A DNA stretch of 64,000 nt, from contig CALKOM010000023.1 of the NCBI GenBank assembly GCA_938091905.1, positions 1 through 64,000 on the forward strand, given 5' to 3'. Shown here piece after piece: positions 30,215 through 43,640 of the stretch. The translations under genes were made by a program, and so were the position numbers. The number at the start of each line of letters is the position of its first letter. The first letter of the stretch is position 1. Source of the stretch: an uncultured Verrucomicrobiales bacterium. GTDB lineage: Bacteria; Verrucomicrobiota; Verrucomicrobiia; Verrucomicrobiales; DEV007. The notes beneath the pieces were generated by a model. The model was given only the letters and a program-made list of their open reading frames with translations, was not told where the DNA came from and did not search any database.

Positions 30215-31678
30215 CTACTTCGGGCTCTGATAATTCACGGGCTCCTCCGTAATCGTAATATCGTGCGGGTGGCTCTCCCGAAGGCCGCCAGCAGTGATTC
30301 GCACAAACTGAGCCTTAGCACGCAGCTTATCCAACGTGCGCGCCCCGACATATCCCATGCCAGATCGGAGACCACCGAGAAGCTGGTAGACCGAATCCGC
30401 CAACGGTCCCTTGTAAGGCACGCGGGCTTCAACGCCTTCCGCAACAAGCTTCCCACTAGCATTCTGCCCATAACGATCCCCCGAGCCTTTGCGCATGGCT
30501 TTGACTGAACCCATTCCTCGGTACTCCTTAAAGGTTCTTCCCTGCCAGTTGACCATTGCTCCTGGGCTCTCTTTGGTTCCTGCTAGCAGTGAACCTAACA
30601 TCACACAATCGGCCCCTGCGGCGAGAGCTTTGACGATGTCCCCAGAATAGCGGATACCACCGTCAGCGATGCTGATCACACCATGCTCTCGGCAATGCTC
30701 TGCGACTTCCCTCACAGCTGTAAACTGGGGCATGCCCACTCCGGAAATAACTCGCGTTGTACAAATTGATCCTGGACCCACCCCGATCTTCACCGCATCC
30801 GTACCGGCACTGACAAGATCCTTGGCTCCTTGCTTGGTAACCACATTTCCAGCAACGACGGCAACCTTATCTCCATAGGACGATTTGAGCTGCTGAATCA
30901 GATCCATCACGCGAGTAGTGTGCCCCGTAGCTGCATCGATGAAAAGCCCATCGGCGCCCACTTGAATCAAAGCTTCTGCTCGATCCTTCCAATCTGGCCC
31001 CACACCGATGGCTCCTCCCACCCGCAGTCGCCCTTGCGGATCCTTACAAGCGTTGCCAAACATGTTGCGCTTCTCGATGTCTTGACGCGTAATCAACCCT
31101 GTCAATTTTCCACTACTATCCACCAGCGGGAGTTTTTCAATGCGCCCCTTGGCAAGGACACGCAACGCTTCATTGAGCTCCGTGTCTGACTTGCCAGTGA
31201 TCAATCGCTCTTGGGGCGTCATAATCTCTGCAACCGTCGTGCTGTCGTCAGAAACGTTCCACATGTCACGGCTTGTCACCATGCCTTCGAGCTTGCCTTC
31301 GCCATCAACAACCGGAAATCCGGAGACGCCATGCCTCGCCATGACCGTGCGAAGCTCGTGCATTGGAAGATCTGCTGTCACCGTCTGCGGATCATGAATC
31401 ACTGCATTCTCTGACCGTTTTACCCGACTCACGTGCTCAGCTTGCTCATCCACGGGACAATTCCGATGCACGACTCCGAGCCCACCTTCTCGAGCTAACG
31501 CAATGGCTAAGCCTGCTTCAGTCACGGTGTCCATGGCCGAGGAAATGATCGGTATATTCAGCGAAATCTTACTCGTGAGCTTCGTGGTGACGTCAGCCTC
31601 GCCTGGGAGGATCTCACTGAGCCCCGGTTGCATCAGCACATCATCGAAACTTAGTCCTAAGGGAATGTCATGATTCAT
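30215..31678 (-). CDS. guaB: IMP dehydrogenase with CBS pair
   Basis: LSFDDV, SAMDTVTE, GVGPGSICTTR, ADGGIRYSGD, YRGMGS. Confidence 0.98.
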   Translation of the reverse strand: MNHDIPLGLSFDDVLMQPGLSEILPGEADVTTKLTSKISLNIPIISSAMDTVTEAGLAIALAREGGLGVVHRNCPVDEQAEHVSRVKRSENAVIHDPQTVTADLPMHELRTVMARHGVSGFPVVDGEGKLEGMVTSRDMWNVSDDSTTVAEIMTPQERLITGKSDTELNEALRVLAKGRIEKLPLVDSSGKLTGLITRQDIEKRNMFGNACKDPQGRLRVGGAIGVGPDWKDRAEALIQVGADGLFIDAATGHTTRVMDLIQQLKSSYGDKVAVVAGNVVTKQGAKDLVSAGTDAVKIGVGPGSICTTRVISGVGMPQFTAVREVAEHCREHGVISIADGGIRYSGDIVKALAAGADCVMLGSLLAGTKESPGAMVNWQGRTFKEYRGMGSVKAMRKGSGDRYGQNASGKLVAEGVEARVPYKGPLADSVYQLLGGLRSGMGYVGARTLDKLRAKAQFVRITAGGLRESHPHDITITEEPVNYQSPK

Positions 31679-31693
31679 AAGCGAGAAGTCTAA

Positions 31694-32458
31694 CTAAGCG
31701 TTTAAAGCAGCGTTGATTTGGTCTCTGTAGTCTTGGGCTCGCTGGGCGAAACTACGGTCATCTTGGGCGAAGAGAAGTCCACGGCTGACATTGACCAAGA
31801 TCGGCGCCTTTCGCCCTTGCCCCGCGAGTGCTTGGAGATCGCCACCTTGGGCTCCAAGCCCAGGCAGAAGCAGTGGAAGGTCCGCAATCTTGTCGAGCAC
31901 TTCTGGCTCGGCGTTGGTCAATCCTACCACCATGCCTGTCGACCCCTCTGGAGCTCGCAAAGCCATGTCTTGAATCTTTTGAAATACTCGTCCTTCGCCA
32001 CACGGCTGCATCTGAACATCTTGCGACCCCGCATTGGACGTGATCGTTAGGATAAACAGGCCGCGTCCTTCGTAGGCCAAGAATGGCTCGAGAGAATCAT
32101 AGCCCAAGAATGGATTCAGTGTGACCGCTTCCACGTCGAGATGTTCGAAACACGCCTTGGCATAATATTTCTGCGTCTCGCCGATATCACTACGCTTGGC
32201 GTCCAAGATGATCGGGATCTCACGAGGGCGATCAGCAAGCACGCGCTCAAGAATGGCCAATCCTTTGGATCCCAGGGCTTCGAAATAAGCCATGTTCGGC
32301 TTAAAGGCCGCTGCATAAGGCGCGGTTTCCTCCATGACTTTACGAACAAAGCTTTCGATATCTCCACCCGCGATCAGATCGGGGCGAGGATCGAGCCCGA
32401 CACAAAGGTTCGACTGAACTGCGGCAATTCGTTTGAGTTGGAGATCGGCGTAAGTCAT
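31694..32458 (-). CDS. pyrF: Orotidine-5'-phosphate decarboxylase
   Basis: LCVGLDP, FKPNMAYFE, LDAKRSDIG, PGLGAQGG, NVSR. Confidence 0.95.
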   Translation of the reverse strand: MTYADLQLKRIAAVQSNLCVGLDPRPDLIAGGDIESFVRKVMEETAPYAAAFKPNMAYFEALGSKGLAILERVLADRPREIPIILDAKRSDIGETQKYYAKACFEHLDVEAVTLNPFLGYDSLEPFLAYEGRGLFILTITSNAGSQDVQMQPCGEGRVFQKIQDMALRAPEGSTGMVVGLTNAEPEVLDKIADLPLLLPGLGAQGGDLQALAGQGRKAPILVNVSRGLLFAQDDRSFAQRAQDYRDQINAALNA

Positions 32459-32461
32459 AAA

Positions 32462-33757
32462 CTATTTTTGTAAGCGGTCTAACAAGACATTTTCACCAAG
32501 GATGACCATTTCCACATGGCCTTGAACCGTCTGATCGAGGAAAGGCGTGTTGCGGCTCTTTGAGCGCATGAATTCTTTGGTGAACACAGTCTCACGCTCT
32601 GGATTGAAGACCGTCAGATCCACCTTAGCCCCCTCTTTGAACTCCACAGGCTCCATGCGAAGCAGGCGTCTCGGCTCGGCCGAGTAACGTTTGACCAAGA
32701 GGTCCCACCCAAACGTTCCCGTCCTTATGAAATTTTGATAAAGCGTCGGCAAGGCGGTTTCTAGCCCCGTGATCCCAAAGGGTGCGCTCCCGAAATCGAG
32801 CTGCTTCTCAAAGTCCGTGTGGGGAGCATGATCGGTGGCAATGATATCAAAGATGCCACGCTTCAATCCATCCAACAAGATCGCGTTATCTTCAGCAAGG
32901 CGCAACGGAGGGTTCATCTTGTAGTGGGTATCGTAATCTCCAATATGCGTTTCATTGAAAAAGAGGTGATGAGGTGAAACCTCACAGGTCACGTCCACAC
33001 CATCGTCCTTGAAGCGCTCGATAGTCCGCATCCCTTCTCCAGACGTTACGTGCTGGATGTGCACATGCGCTCCTGTCAGGTTAGCCAATCGAATATCACG
33101 GCTGATGCAGATCTCTTCGCTCGCCGCTGGAATACCCGGCACCCCAAGCCGGTAGGAAACTTCACCTTCGTTCATCGCGCCGACACCCGAGAGCTCTTTC
33201 ACTTCGCAGTGACTCGCGACAATGAGATCGAACTCGCGCGCATATTCCATTGCACGTCGTAACACTTGGTGATTGCCCACTGGATCACCATCATCAGTGA
33301 TCATGACGGCACCACGTGCATGCATGCCGCCAATATCAGCCAGCTCTTTCCCGACCCGACCTTTGGTAATACAGCCCGTGGTATAGACAGGAATGCGGGC
33401 CTCACGAGAGGCGATATCGAGCACCGATTGTACCATACCCGCACTATCAATCGCCGGCGTACAGTTCGGCATCGCCACAATGCCAGTCACACCGCCATTG
33501 ATGGCCGCCTCGGATCCCGTAGAAATGCTCTCTTTGTCTTCGCGACCAGGCTCGCGGAGATGCACATGGGCATCGAAGAGACCAGGCAAGATCACACGAC
33601 CAGCACAATCAACTTCAGCCACCCCATCCACGGCGGGCAATGCAGATCCTACCGCTGTGACATGGCCTTTCTCGATGAAGAGATCGGCCTCAACCAAGTC
33701 AGGCGTGTTCTCTTGAGCTAGCTGCCCGTTGCGAAGAATGTAAGCGTCGTTGCTCAT
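32462..33757 (-). CDS. pyrC: Dihydroorotase
   Basis: DAHVHLREPG, MPN, KMNPPLR, ATDHAPH, GLETA. Confidence 0.95.
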   Translation of the reverse strand: MSNDAYILRNGQLAQENTPDLVEADLFIEKGHVTAVGSALPAVDGVAEVDCAGRVILPGLFDAHVHLREPGREDKESISTGSEAAINGGVTGIVAMPNCTPAIDSAGMVQSVLDIASREARIPVYTTGCITKGRVGKELADIGGMHARGAVMITDDGDPVGNHQVLRRAMEYAREFDLIVASHCEVKELSGVGAMNEGEVSYRLGVPGIPAASEEICISRDIRLANLTGAHVHIQHVTSGEGMRTIERFKDDGVDVTCEVSPHHLFFNETHIGDYDTHYKMNPPLRLAEDNAILLDGLKRGIFDIIATDHAPHTDFEKQLDFGSAPFGITGLETALPTLYQNFIRTGTFGWDLLVKRYSAEPRRLLRMEPVEFKEGAKVDLTVFNPERETVFTKEFMRSKSRNTPFLDQTVQGHVEMVILGENVLLDRLQK

Positions 33758-33769
33758 GAAGAAGATTAG

Positions 33770-34693
33770 TCAGTTTGTTTCTGGTTGAAGCCAATAAAGA
33801 ACAGCCATGCGCACAGCGATGCCGTTCTCCACCTGCTGATTGATCAAGGTGCGTTCGTAGGTCATGACATCATCGCCAAGCTCGACTCCACGATTGACGG
33901 GGCCAGGATGAAGGACCCAGGTGCCCTCGCCTTCTACCTGTCGAAAGCGTTCCTCGGTAAGACCGTAGATCTTGTGATACTCATTGAGACTGGGAAAGAA
34001 CTGGTCATTCTGTCGCTCGAGCTGCACTCGCAGAAGGTAGATCGCATCCGGTTTCCACCCCAACGCCTCATCATAAGTGTAGAACTTCCGCATGAATTTC
34101 GGACGGGCCTGCGGAATAAGCGACCCAGGTCCAAGCACGCCAATTTCCATTCCGAGCTTCTCACAGATTTGTCCGACTGACCGCGCAACCCGCGAATGGA
34201 GGATATCTCCCACGATCAGGATCTTCTTTCCGGCGAGGTCTCCAAACGTTTCACGCAGCGTGAACGCATCAAGCAGGGCCTGCGTAGGATGGGCGTGAAA
34301 CCCGTCACCGGCATTAACCACGGAGGCCTTCGTGTGCTTCGAAATCATGTTCGGAACCCCAGCAGCCGCATGACGTACCACCACGTAGTCACATTTCATA
34401 GCCTGCAGGGTGTCAATCGTATCCAGGACCGACTCTCCTTTGACCACGGACGAACTGCCCACCGTAAAGTTGGTCACGTCTGCCGAGACGCGTTTGGCCG
34501 CAATTTCAAACGAGGAGCGAGTGCGGGTTGATGGTTCATAGAACAGTGTAAGAACAGTCTTGCCACGCAGTGGCGGGACTTTTTTAATAGACTTCGTAAA
34601 CAGCTCCTTGAAAGGCCCCGCGGTCTTCAAGACAAACTCAATCTCTTCCAAGGATAAGGAGGCGATATCGAGAAGATCTTTGCGTGGTTCCAT
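33770..34693 (-). CDS. pyrB: Aspartate carbamoyltransferase catalytic subunit
   Basis: FYEPSTRTRSSF, NAGDG.HAHPTQALLD, GDILHSRV, HPGPVNRG. Confidence 0.97.
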   Translation of the reverse strand: MEPRKDLLDIASLSLEEIEFVLKTAGPFKELFTKSIKKVPPLRGKTVLTLFYEPSTRTRSSFEIAAKRVSADVTNFTVGSSSVVKGESVLDTIDTLQAMKCDYVVVRHAAAGVPNMISKHTKASVVNAGDGFHAHPTQALLDAFTLRETFGDLAGKKILIVGDILHSRVARSVGQICEKLGMEIGVLGPGSLIPQARPKFMRKFYTYDEALGWKPDAIYLLRVQLERQNDQFFPSLNEYHKIYGLTEERFRQVEGEGTWVLHPGPVNRGVELGDDVMTYERTLINQQVENGIAVRMAVLYWLQPETN

Positions 34694-34701
34694 GGCACTA
34701 A

Positions 34702-35244
34702 TTACGGGTTCTTTGTCAGGTAGATGCCGTCCTCGTCGTCATGTTCTCGGAGACGGACGCGGACGTAGTCTTGTTTGGAGGTGGTCACATCAAGACCAAC
34801 ATAGTCAGGCGCAATCGGGAGTTCGCGGTTGCCTCGGTCAATGAGAACCGCAAGTTCGACCGATCTGGGACGTCCGTAGTCGGTCAGGGCATCGATCGCC
34901 GCCTTGATCGTGCGTCCGGTGAAGAGGACATCATCAAACAGGATGATATGAGCATCGTCGATGGAGAATGGGATGTCCGTGCTCTTCAGCGTTGGCATGT
35001 TCCCCATATCATCGAGGTCATCCCTGTAGAGAGAGATATCGAGCGTGCCATAGGGGATGTCCCCAAGGTCATCCTTGAGAAGCTCGCGCACCCTTTCCCC
35101 GACGATTACACCGCGGCTGTGAATCCCCACGAACTGGAGGCCCCCCTTGGGATGCTGCTCCAAGATTTGGAGGGCCAGGCGTCGCATCTTGTTTGCGATA
35201 TCACCAGCCTGCAGGAGCACCTGAGAATCGGGCTCAGAACCCAT
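34702..35244 (-). CDS. pyrR: Bifunctional pyr regulator / uracil phosphoribosyltransferase PyrR
   Basis: GIHSRG, LDISLYRDD, DDVLFTGRT, DRGNRELPI; start MGSEPD at 35244. Confidence 0.94.
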   Translation of the reverse strand: MGSEPDSQVLLQAGDIANKMRRLALQILEQHPKGGLQFVGIHSRGVIVGERVRELLKDDLGDIPYGTLDISLYRDDLDDMGNMPTLKSTDIPFSIDDAHIILFDDVLFTGRTIKAAIDALTDYGRPRSVELAVLIDRGNRELPIAPDYVGLDVTTSKQDYVRVRLREHDDEDGIYLTKNP

Positions 35245-35457
35245 GAAATCGAGGGGGCTCGCTGTTCGTCTTGTCCGACATTGACGAGAGATAGCCACGA
35301 AGTCGCCTCTGTCGAGCAGGAATTCGCCAAAGTCTCGATTCACCTCGTCACCACGAAACAGTGATCATGGCTTTTCTCAAATGTATGCAATCTAACAAAC
35401 AAGTTAAGTGTCATTATCAGACTCATTGACTCGGCTCTCCTCTCTGGGAATGCTCTC

Positions 35458-36217
35458 ATGTTGAAGACCATCAAACAGCACCCAGACACAATGACCGCGC
35501 ACATCGCACGCGCCATTCTTGAGAGTGAGGGCATCAACAGCTTTATCGCCGACGAGAATCTGGCCAACGGCCGACCCACCGGTAACCTTTGCCAACGGAG
35601 GCATTTACCTGATGGTCAGTAATGACGATCACGAGCGCACCCATGAGATTCTCAACCGCGCCACAAAGGGATCCGCCCTACCCGATGATTTCGTCCCCGG
35701 TCCTCCGATCCAGGAAGATAATATACCACCCTCACAGCCATCCAGTAGCTCGACGCTTGGCAAGTTGATCTCAGCTTGCCTCTTTATGGTTTTGGGTGCC
35801 GTGCTCTACCATTTCTAGCAGAGATCTCAGCTCCCGCTGCTGACAGAAACCATCAAAGTCGAGGAAGACATGGACGAAGACGGCAAGATAGATCGAGAAA
35901 TAAGCTGGTTAAAAAACAGGCCTGTTTACAAAGCACTAGATCTAAATAGAGACGGCAATCTCGATACTACGATCGATAATCATGAGCGCGGCAAAGCCAC
36001 CCAGACGACTGATTTTGACCTTGATGGTGAAGTTGACCTCATCGCCTTTTACGAAGGCGTACGCTACATGCGTCAGGATTGACTTGCGAGTGGACGCGTC
36101 TCCGAACGTGTCTGCTTTGATGGAATCCGTAGACTACGCGAAGAGTTGGCTTTCGATGGCGACGGCAATTTCTACTTCATCCGAAAAAACGACCCGAAAG
36201 GCGAACGGATACCCTAG
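35458..36217 (+). pseudogene. Disrupted DUF2007 (signal-transducing-like) membrane protein with DxDxDG repeats
   Basis: MLKTIK..AHIARAILESEGI.SFIADEN then a frameshift near 35565 to GGIYLMV; TM helix; in-frame TAG 35816 and TGA 36080; DMDEDGKID, DLNRDGNLD and DFDLDGEVD repeats. Confidence 0.7.
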
Positions 36218-36223
36218 CGGAAT

Positions 36224-36850
36224 TCAAAGTTTTTGAATCTTGATATTCCGGAATTTCACCCATCCCGCATGCCCCTCCGCACCGTAGGTCTGAAAGGCAA
36301 GCGTCCCGTCCTGGAGCAGTTCGAGGGTTGGCTTGGGATCGGTGTAGTCCACGATCTTCTCTCCATTCAGCCAGGCCTCAATATGCGGCCCGCGGGCTCT
36401 AATACGAAGAGCGTTCCACTCTCTCGGCTTCCGGATCTTGTCCTCCGCATCGCCTTTGTCTAACCAATCATTGAGGTAGAGGCCGACCGGCTCATCTGCA
36501 GCACCTCGCCCCAGATTGATCTGGTAGCCCGTCCTTCTCCTCTCTCCAGGGGTGTTTCGCAAATAGACGCCACTGTTATACTTCCCGTGCTCATCGATCA
36601 TGAACTCGAGATGAAGATCGAAGTCTTTAAACGTGTCTTTGGTGTGAATAAGACCACTCCGCTTGGGATCTCCATCTTGACCGCCGACAAGAACGCCATC
36701 CTCGGCACGCCACTCGGCCGAGCCTACAGAAGTCCAACCTTCCAAGGTCGTGCCATCAAATAAGGACTCAACCTTCGTCTCTCCTGCGACAAGCATTTTA
36801 GCAGCAGCGACCAAGGTGGTTAGAAAAATCAAGCAGCAGGGAATATTCAT
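36224..36850 (-). CDS. DUF1080 / 3-keto-disaccharide hydrolase family protein
   Basis: SLFDGTTLEGW, DFDLHLEF, NSGVY, GYQI, EWN, LNGEK, FRNIKI. Confidence 0.9.
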   Translation of the reverse strand: MNIPCCLIFLTTLVAAAKMLVAGETKVESLFDGTTLEGWTSVGSAEWRAEDGVLVGGQDGDPKRSGLIHTKDTFKDFDLHLEFMIDEHGKYNSGVYLRNTPGERRRTGYQINLGRGAADEPVGLYLNDWLDKGDAEDKIRKPREWNALRIRARGPHIEAWLNGEKIVDYTDPKPTLELLQDGTLAFQTYGAEGHAGWVKFRNIKIQKL

Positions 36851-37162
36851 GGAAAAGCCAAGCTAGCGAATCAAAGCATCGCTGCCAAGTCCCGAGCTAC
36901 CACCTAATACGCTAACGCCCATTCTTTCCGCAAGGTTCACCCTTAGGAAAAGAACCTCTCTTCTCGAGCTCAGCTGCCCCATCCCATTCTTAGTCCCCCA
37001 GGTGGATACCTCAGGCGTTATATTCACAAACCTCTAACGCCACAAGTATGGACTGGTATAGGCCTGACAAGCCCATAGCTTTATGGTCATAGAAAACTTG
37101 TCGGCTCAGGCCATCATTGATAAGCTCGACCTTGGAAATCATCGCCTTTTGTCGTTCCACGC

Positions 37163-37522
37163 ATGGCGTTCATCGCCGAGATCTTCTTCCAGTTCCTTTT
37201 TGAAGGGCTGGCAAACTTAGGCTTCCACAAACTTTCGGGAAAGAGGAGGCCTCATCCGTTCGTCTCAGCGATTGGCTATGCCCTCCTAGGGGTAGCGTTT
37301 GGCGCCATTAGCCTATCACTACTCGATAAACCGTTCCTCAATGAACAAGCCTGGCGTATCGCCAACGTGGTCATCACACCAGTCATCCTGGGCTTCGCGA
37401 TGGCCCACATGGAGAAACATCGAACCAAGAAGAGAAAGAAGACGGTCCGTCTGGAGACATTCTTCAACGCCTACCTCTTTGCCCTTGGCTTCGCACTGAT
37501 CCGATTCTTCTTTGCGAAGTGA
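37163..37522 (+). CDS. Small hypothetical membrane protein
   Basis: Three to four hydrophobic segments; ATG start. Confidence 0.7.
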   Translation: MAFIAEIFFQFLFEGLANLGFHKLSGKRRPHPFVSAIGYALLGVAFGAISLSLLDKPFLNEQAWRIANVVITPVILGFAMAHMEKHRTKKRKKTVRLETFFNAYLFALGFALIRFFFAK

Positions 37523-37668
37523 TCGAGCATCAGCCACGGAATTATCGCAGTGGGCCCTCACCACAATCCGGAACCACCACTCTTGCGCTTCAGCACTGAA
37601 CGCTTAGGAAACGTGGCGTTGAAAAGAAAACCTCTCGCAGCTGATTTCTTCGAAGGATAGAGTAAGGG

Positions 37669-39177
37669 ATGAATCGGAGAGTCTGCCTCGTCACCGTTGT
37701 GGTAGCCTTGGTTCTACCAATCGGCGTGGGGCTTTTCCTACAGGGAGGTCCTCTTGTGAGTAGGCCGGATACCATTCGGCAGACTTACTATGATACACCG
37801 CCGTTCAACGATTGGGAGGCTACGTTTTACCCAACTGCGGGGAAACCATGGGTGGGAAGGGTGATCAAGCCGTCCGATTTGAAAATCGATTCAACAGATC
37901 GTCACGTGAGAGTCACCGCATTGTCAGCATTATTCGTCACCAACTATGCCTATGCGACTTTCGAGGACTCCTGGAAACCTAGGCCGCCAGTAGTGATTCA
38001 TGCTTTCAAGGGAACGCAGCAGGTGACTCTACCAGGTGGTGAAACTCTTGGGATCGACGAGGTGTTCACAGCCTACCCAACAGGTCCAGGCGCGACTGAA
38101 TGGGTGAGCGACTCCTTCGATCCCCTGACATTGAAGCCCTTCCAACCGATGCCTGGCAAAGAAAGCCCAGCGATCAAGCCAGACCGAGGAGGATGTCACT
38201 TCTTCCCTCAGCAGGAATACCCAGAAATGGCGTTCGCTGTAAGCGGAGATCTCACACATGAACTGGCCTTCAGGCTGTTCGACACCAAAACACACCATCC
38301 GATGAAAGAACTGATGGGCGCAGGTGGAAATCTATTCACGATGCCACTGCAACAATGGCACTCATCAACGTTCCGCTGTGTGATTGATCTTGTGACTGGT
38401 CCGGCCGAAGAAAGAAAGTGTATCTTTCGGATGGGCGCTTCAGCTTCCTTTCCAGAATTTGATCTTGAGGTGATCTTAATTGAGAAACTGGAACATCCTA
38501 TCGTTGATCAACAATGGCTAGAAATTAACAGGCAAACGATCATTCCTGTTTTCTCACGCTCTGCATCTGTCGTCTCTAGCCCTCCTCAAAGCCCGCACCA
38601 GAGGTGTTACACATGGACTCTAGATCCTGCAGAAACAATTGAGGAATCTTTGGTAGCACTTTCTCTTTCTAACATTCAGTGGCTACCACCCTCAATCGAG
38701 TTGGAAGCGCTGACCAAGAGCGGCACTCTGATAAAGGAAACAGTATGGTGCGACGGGAATCTTGTGTTTGCTAGTCTGCCTGCGCCTCCCGAGGAGCTGC
38801 GGTCTCTGCGGGTTCGATATCCGTCGACGTGGGTTCGAGTGGTCTTCGAGTTCGATCACATTCCTGGTCTGCCAAAGGACAACTATGGTCTGAGCAATCT
38901 ATTCGACGCCTACATTCCTTACTCCAAGAGCAACTATCGCCCAGAAAGATTCATTTCCAATTGTACCAAGTTGAAGCTCCGGAATCTGCATAAAACAATA
39001 GCTGGGCCAACGTCATTCGAGTATGAGAACACCACCGTCCATGAGATCACTCAAACCTACCAAGCCGAGGCAGGAATCTTTGGAATGAAAGTTGCCTATG
39101 GTCAACGACTTGAAGGCATCCCAAGCCCCAAAAGATGGCTGAAGGGCATCTGGAGCATCTTGCGAAAAAAGTTCTAA
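37669..39177 (+). CDS. Hypothetical protein with N-terminal membrane anchor
   Basis: 502-aa uninterrupted ORF; N-terminal RR plus hydrophobic helix; no motif recognised. Confidence 0.65.
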   Translation: MNRRVCLVTVVVALVLPIGVGLFLQGGPLVSRPDTIRQTYYDTPPFNDWEATFYPTAGKPWVGRVIKPSDLKIDSTDRHVRVTALSALFVTNYAYATFEDSWKPRPPVVIHAFKGTQQVTLPGGETLGIDEVFTAYPTGPGATEWVSDSFDPLTLKPFQPMPGKESPAIKPDRGGCHFFPQQEYPEMAFAVSGDLTHELAFRLFDTKTHHPMKELMGAGGNLFTMPLQQWHSSTFRCVIDLVTGPAEERKCIFRMGASASFPEFDLEVILIEKLEHPIVDQQWLEINRQTIIPVFSRSASVVSSPPQSPHQRCYTWTLDPAETIEESLVALSLSNIQWLPPSIELEALTKSGTLIKETVWCDGNLVFASLPAPPEELRSLRVRYPSTWVRVVFEFDHIPGLPKDNYGLSNLFDAYIPYSKSNYRPERFISNCTKLKLRNLHKTIAGPTSFEYENTTVHEITQTYQAEAGIFGMKVAYGQRLEGIPSPKRWLKGIWSILRKKF

Positions 39178-39261
39178 CCCGGACGTTTCGCAAGCCTCAG
39201 CGAACGTGATCAAAGATCCTACCAAATAGGAACATTTGCGAGCCCCACTACGAACATTTCT

Positions 39262-39666
39262 CTACCCCTTGCGCTTCTTCTTCAGGTTCAGCTGAGCCAT
39301 CATCTTGTAGATGGCGGCCTGGGTCGCGGCGTAGTCTTCGTCGTCGAGCTTCTCACTGAGTGACTTCTCGGCACGCTCTAAAGCTTCTTGGACGGCTGTT
39401 TCGTCGATCTCGTCATCGCTCATGGCCATGTCCGTGAGGACTGAGACTTTGGTCGCGGTGACTTCGACAAAGCCTTGGCCGATGGCCAGTTCTTCGTCTT
39501 TGTTTCCCTTGGTGTAACGCAGCTCACCGGGAGCGAGTGTCGTTACGAGGGGGGCGTGCTGTGGCAACACGCCCATTTCCCCTTCGATGCCAGGCACGAC
39601 CACAACATCTACTTCGTCGGAGAAGATTTTTCTCTCCGGCGTGACGATATCAAGTTGGATAGCCAT
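39262..39666 (-). CDS. atpC: F1 ATP synthase epsilon
   Basis: LDIVTPE, GEMGVLPQHAP, GFVEV. Confidence 0.96.
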   Translation of the reverse strand: MAIQLDIVTPERKIFSDEVDVVVVPGIEGEMGVLPQHAPLVTTLAPGELRYTKGNKDEELAIGQGFVEVTATKVSVLTDMAMSDDEIDETAVQEALERAEKSLSEKLDDEDYAATQAAIYKMMAQLNLKKKRKG

Positions 39667-39699
39667 CGGTTAGGGAAACGTAAATTTCAGTTAGTCGAA

Positions 39700-41154
<1,455 letters not shown>

Positions 41155-42042
41155 CTATTCGAGTGCCAAGCTGGCGGTGGTAATTTCGAGCAATTCGTTC
41201 GTAATAGCCGCTTGGCGCAGCTTGTTGTATTCAAGCGAAAGATCTTTGATGAGCTGCTCGGCATTGTCCGTAGCACTCTTCATCGCCACCATGCGGGCGC
41301 TGTGCTCAGAAGCGCGAGACTCAAGCACCATCTGGTAAATTTGGTAGTCTACGTATTGCGGGACAATACTATCTAAGACGGCACTGGCATTTGGCTCAAA
41401 CTCGTAGCCTGTGTCGGGCACATCCCCGGCATCCGCTTCGCTTTCAATGCCGACACCTTCGTAGTCTTTCGGCTTACCCAACGTCACGGGCGAGACCGGG
41501 AGCAAGGTCTCGACGCAAGGCACCTGGCTCAGCGTGTTGACGAAGTTGGTGAACGCCACAGTCACCTTAGCAAAATCACCTTCGAGGAACTTCTCTCTAA
41601 CGAAATGCGAGACCGTTTTCACCTGCCCGAAATCGACAGGATCAGTGACATGAAAGTCTGCCAGGAGATCCCCCTTCATCCGAGCCACCGCTTGGCGCCC
41701 CTTAGAACCCACCGTCACGTAAGACGCGTTGGGATGCTCTTTGAACACCGCCTTGAGGAGGTTCGTATTTAAGCCACCGCAAAGCCCCTTGTCGGTTGAG
41801 ACCAGGATAACGAGCTCTTTCCCCTCGCCTCGCTCTTCAAGCAGCGCATGACTATCGTCGTCAGCTTGCTCTTGCAGGTTCACCAGAACCTTGTTCATGA
41901 GCTCCGCATAGTGACGCCCTGACAACGCTTGATCCTGCGCCTTCTTCATCTTAGAAGCCGCCACCAATTGCATGGCTTTGGTGATCTGAGCGGTGCTTTT
42001 AACCGACTTGATGCGTCGGCGGATGTCGCGGGTAGTGGCCAT
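41155..42042 (-). CDS. atpG: F1 ATP synthase gamma
   Basis: QITKAMQLVAASK, DKGLCGG, ARMVAMKSATDNA, RQAAITNEL. Confidence 0.98.
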   Translation of the reverse strand: MATTRDIRRRIKSVKSTAQITKAMQLVAASKMKKAQDQALSGRHYAELMNKVLVNLQEQADDDSHALLEERGEGKELVILVSTDKGLCGGLNTNLLKAVFKEHPNASYVTVGSKGRQAVARMKGDLLADFHVTDPVDFGQVKTVSHFVREKFLEGDFAKVTVAFTNFVNTLSQVPCVETLLPVSPVTLGKPKDYEGVGIESEADAGDVPDTGYEFEPNASAVLDSIVPQYVDYQIYQMVLESRASEHSARMVAMKSATDNAEQLIKDLSLEYNKLRQAAITNELLEITTASLALE

Positions 42043-42071
42043 TGGAAAGTCGTTAGGCTAGGGAAGCTACG

Positions 42072-43604
<1,533 letters not shown>

Positions 43605-43640
43605 TTCCGGTTGTGTTCAGTTGTTCTAACTAAAGTGTAA

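Noticed and set aside
34741..35364. Long antisense ORFs (also 516-1226, 20481-21113, 39475-40050, 40585-41376)
   Set aside because: They are shadows of well-supported genes on the opposite strand and show no motifs
36080..36115. TGA followed by a weak hairpin (ACGCGT-CTCCGA-ACGTGT) as a second SECIS
   Set aside because: The loop does not start with G, and the same gene also has a frameshift and an in-frame TAG, so it is a pseudogene
36851..37162. Unannotated 300-nt gap as possible ncRNA or small ORF
   Set aside because: No stable structure, tRNA-like fold or convincing ORF could be supported by eye
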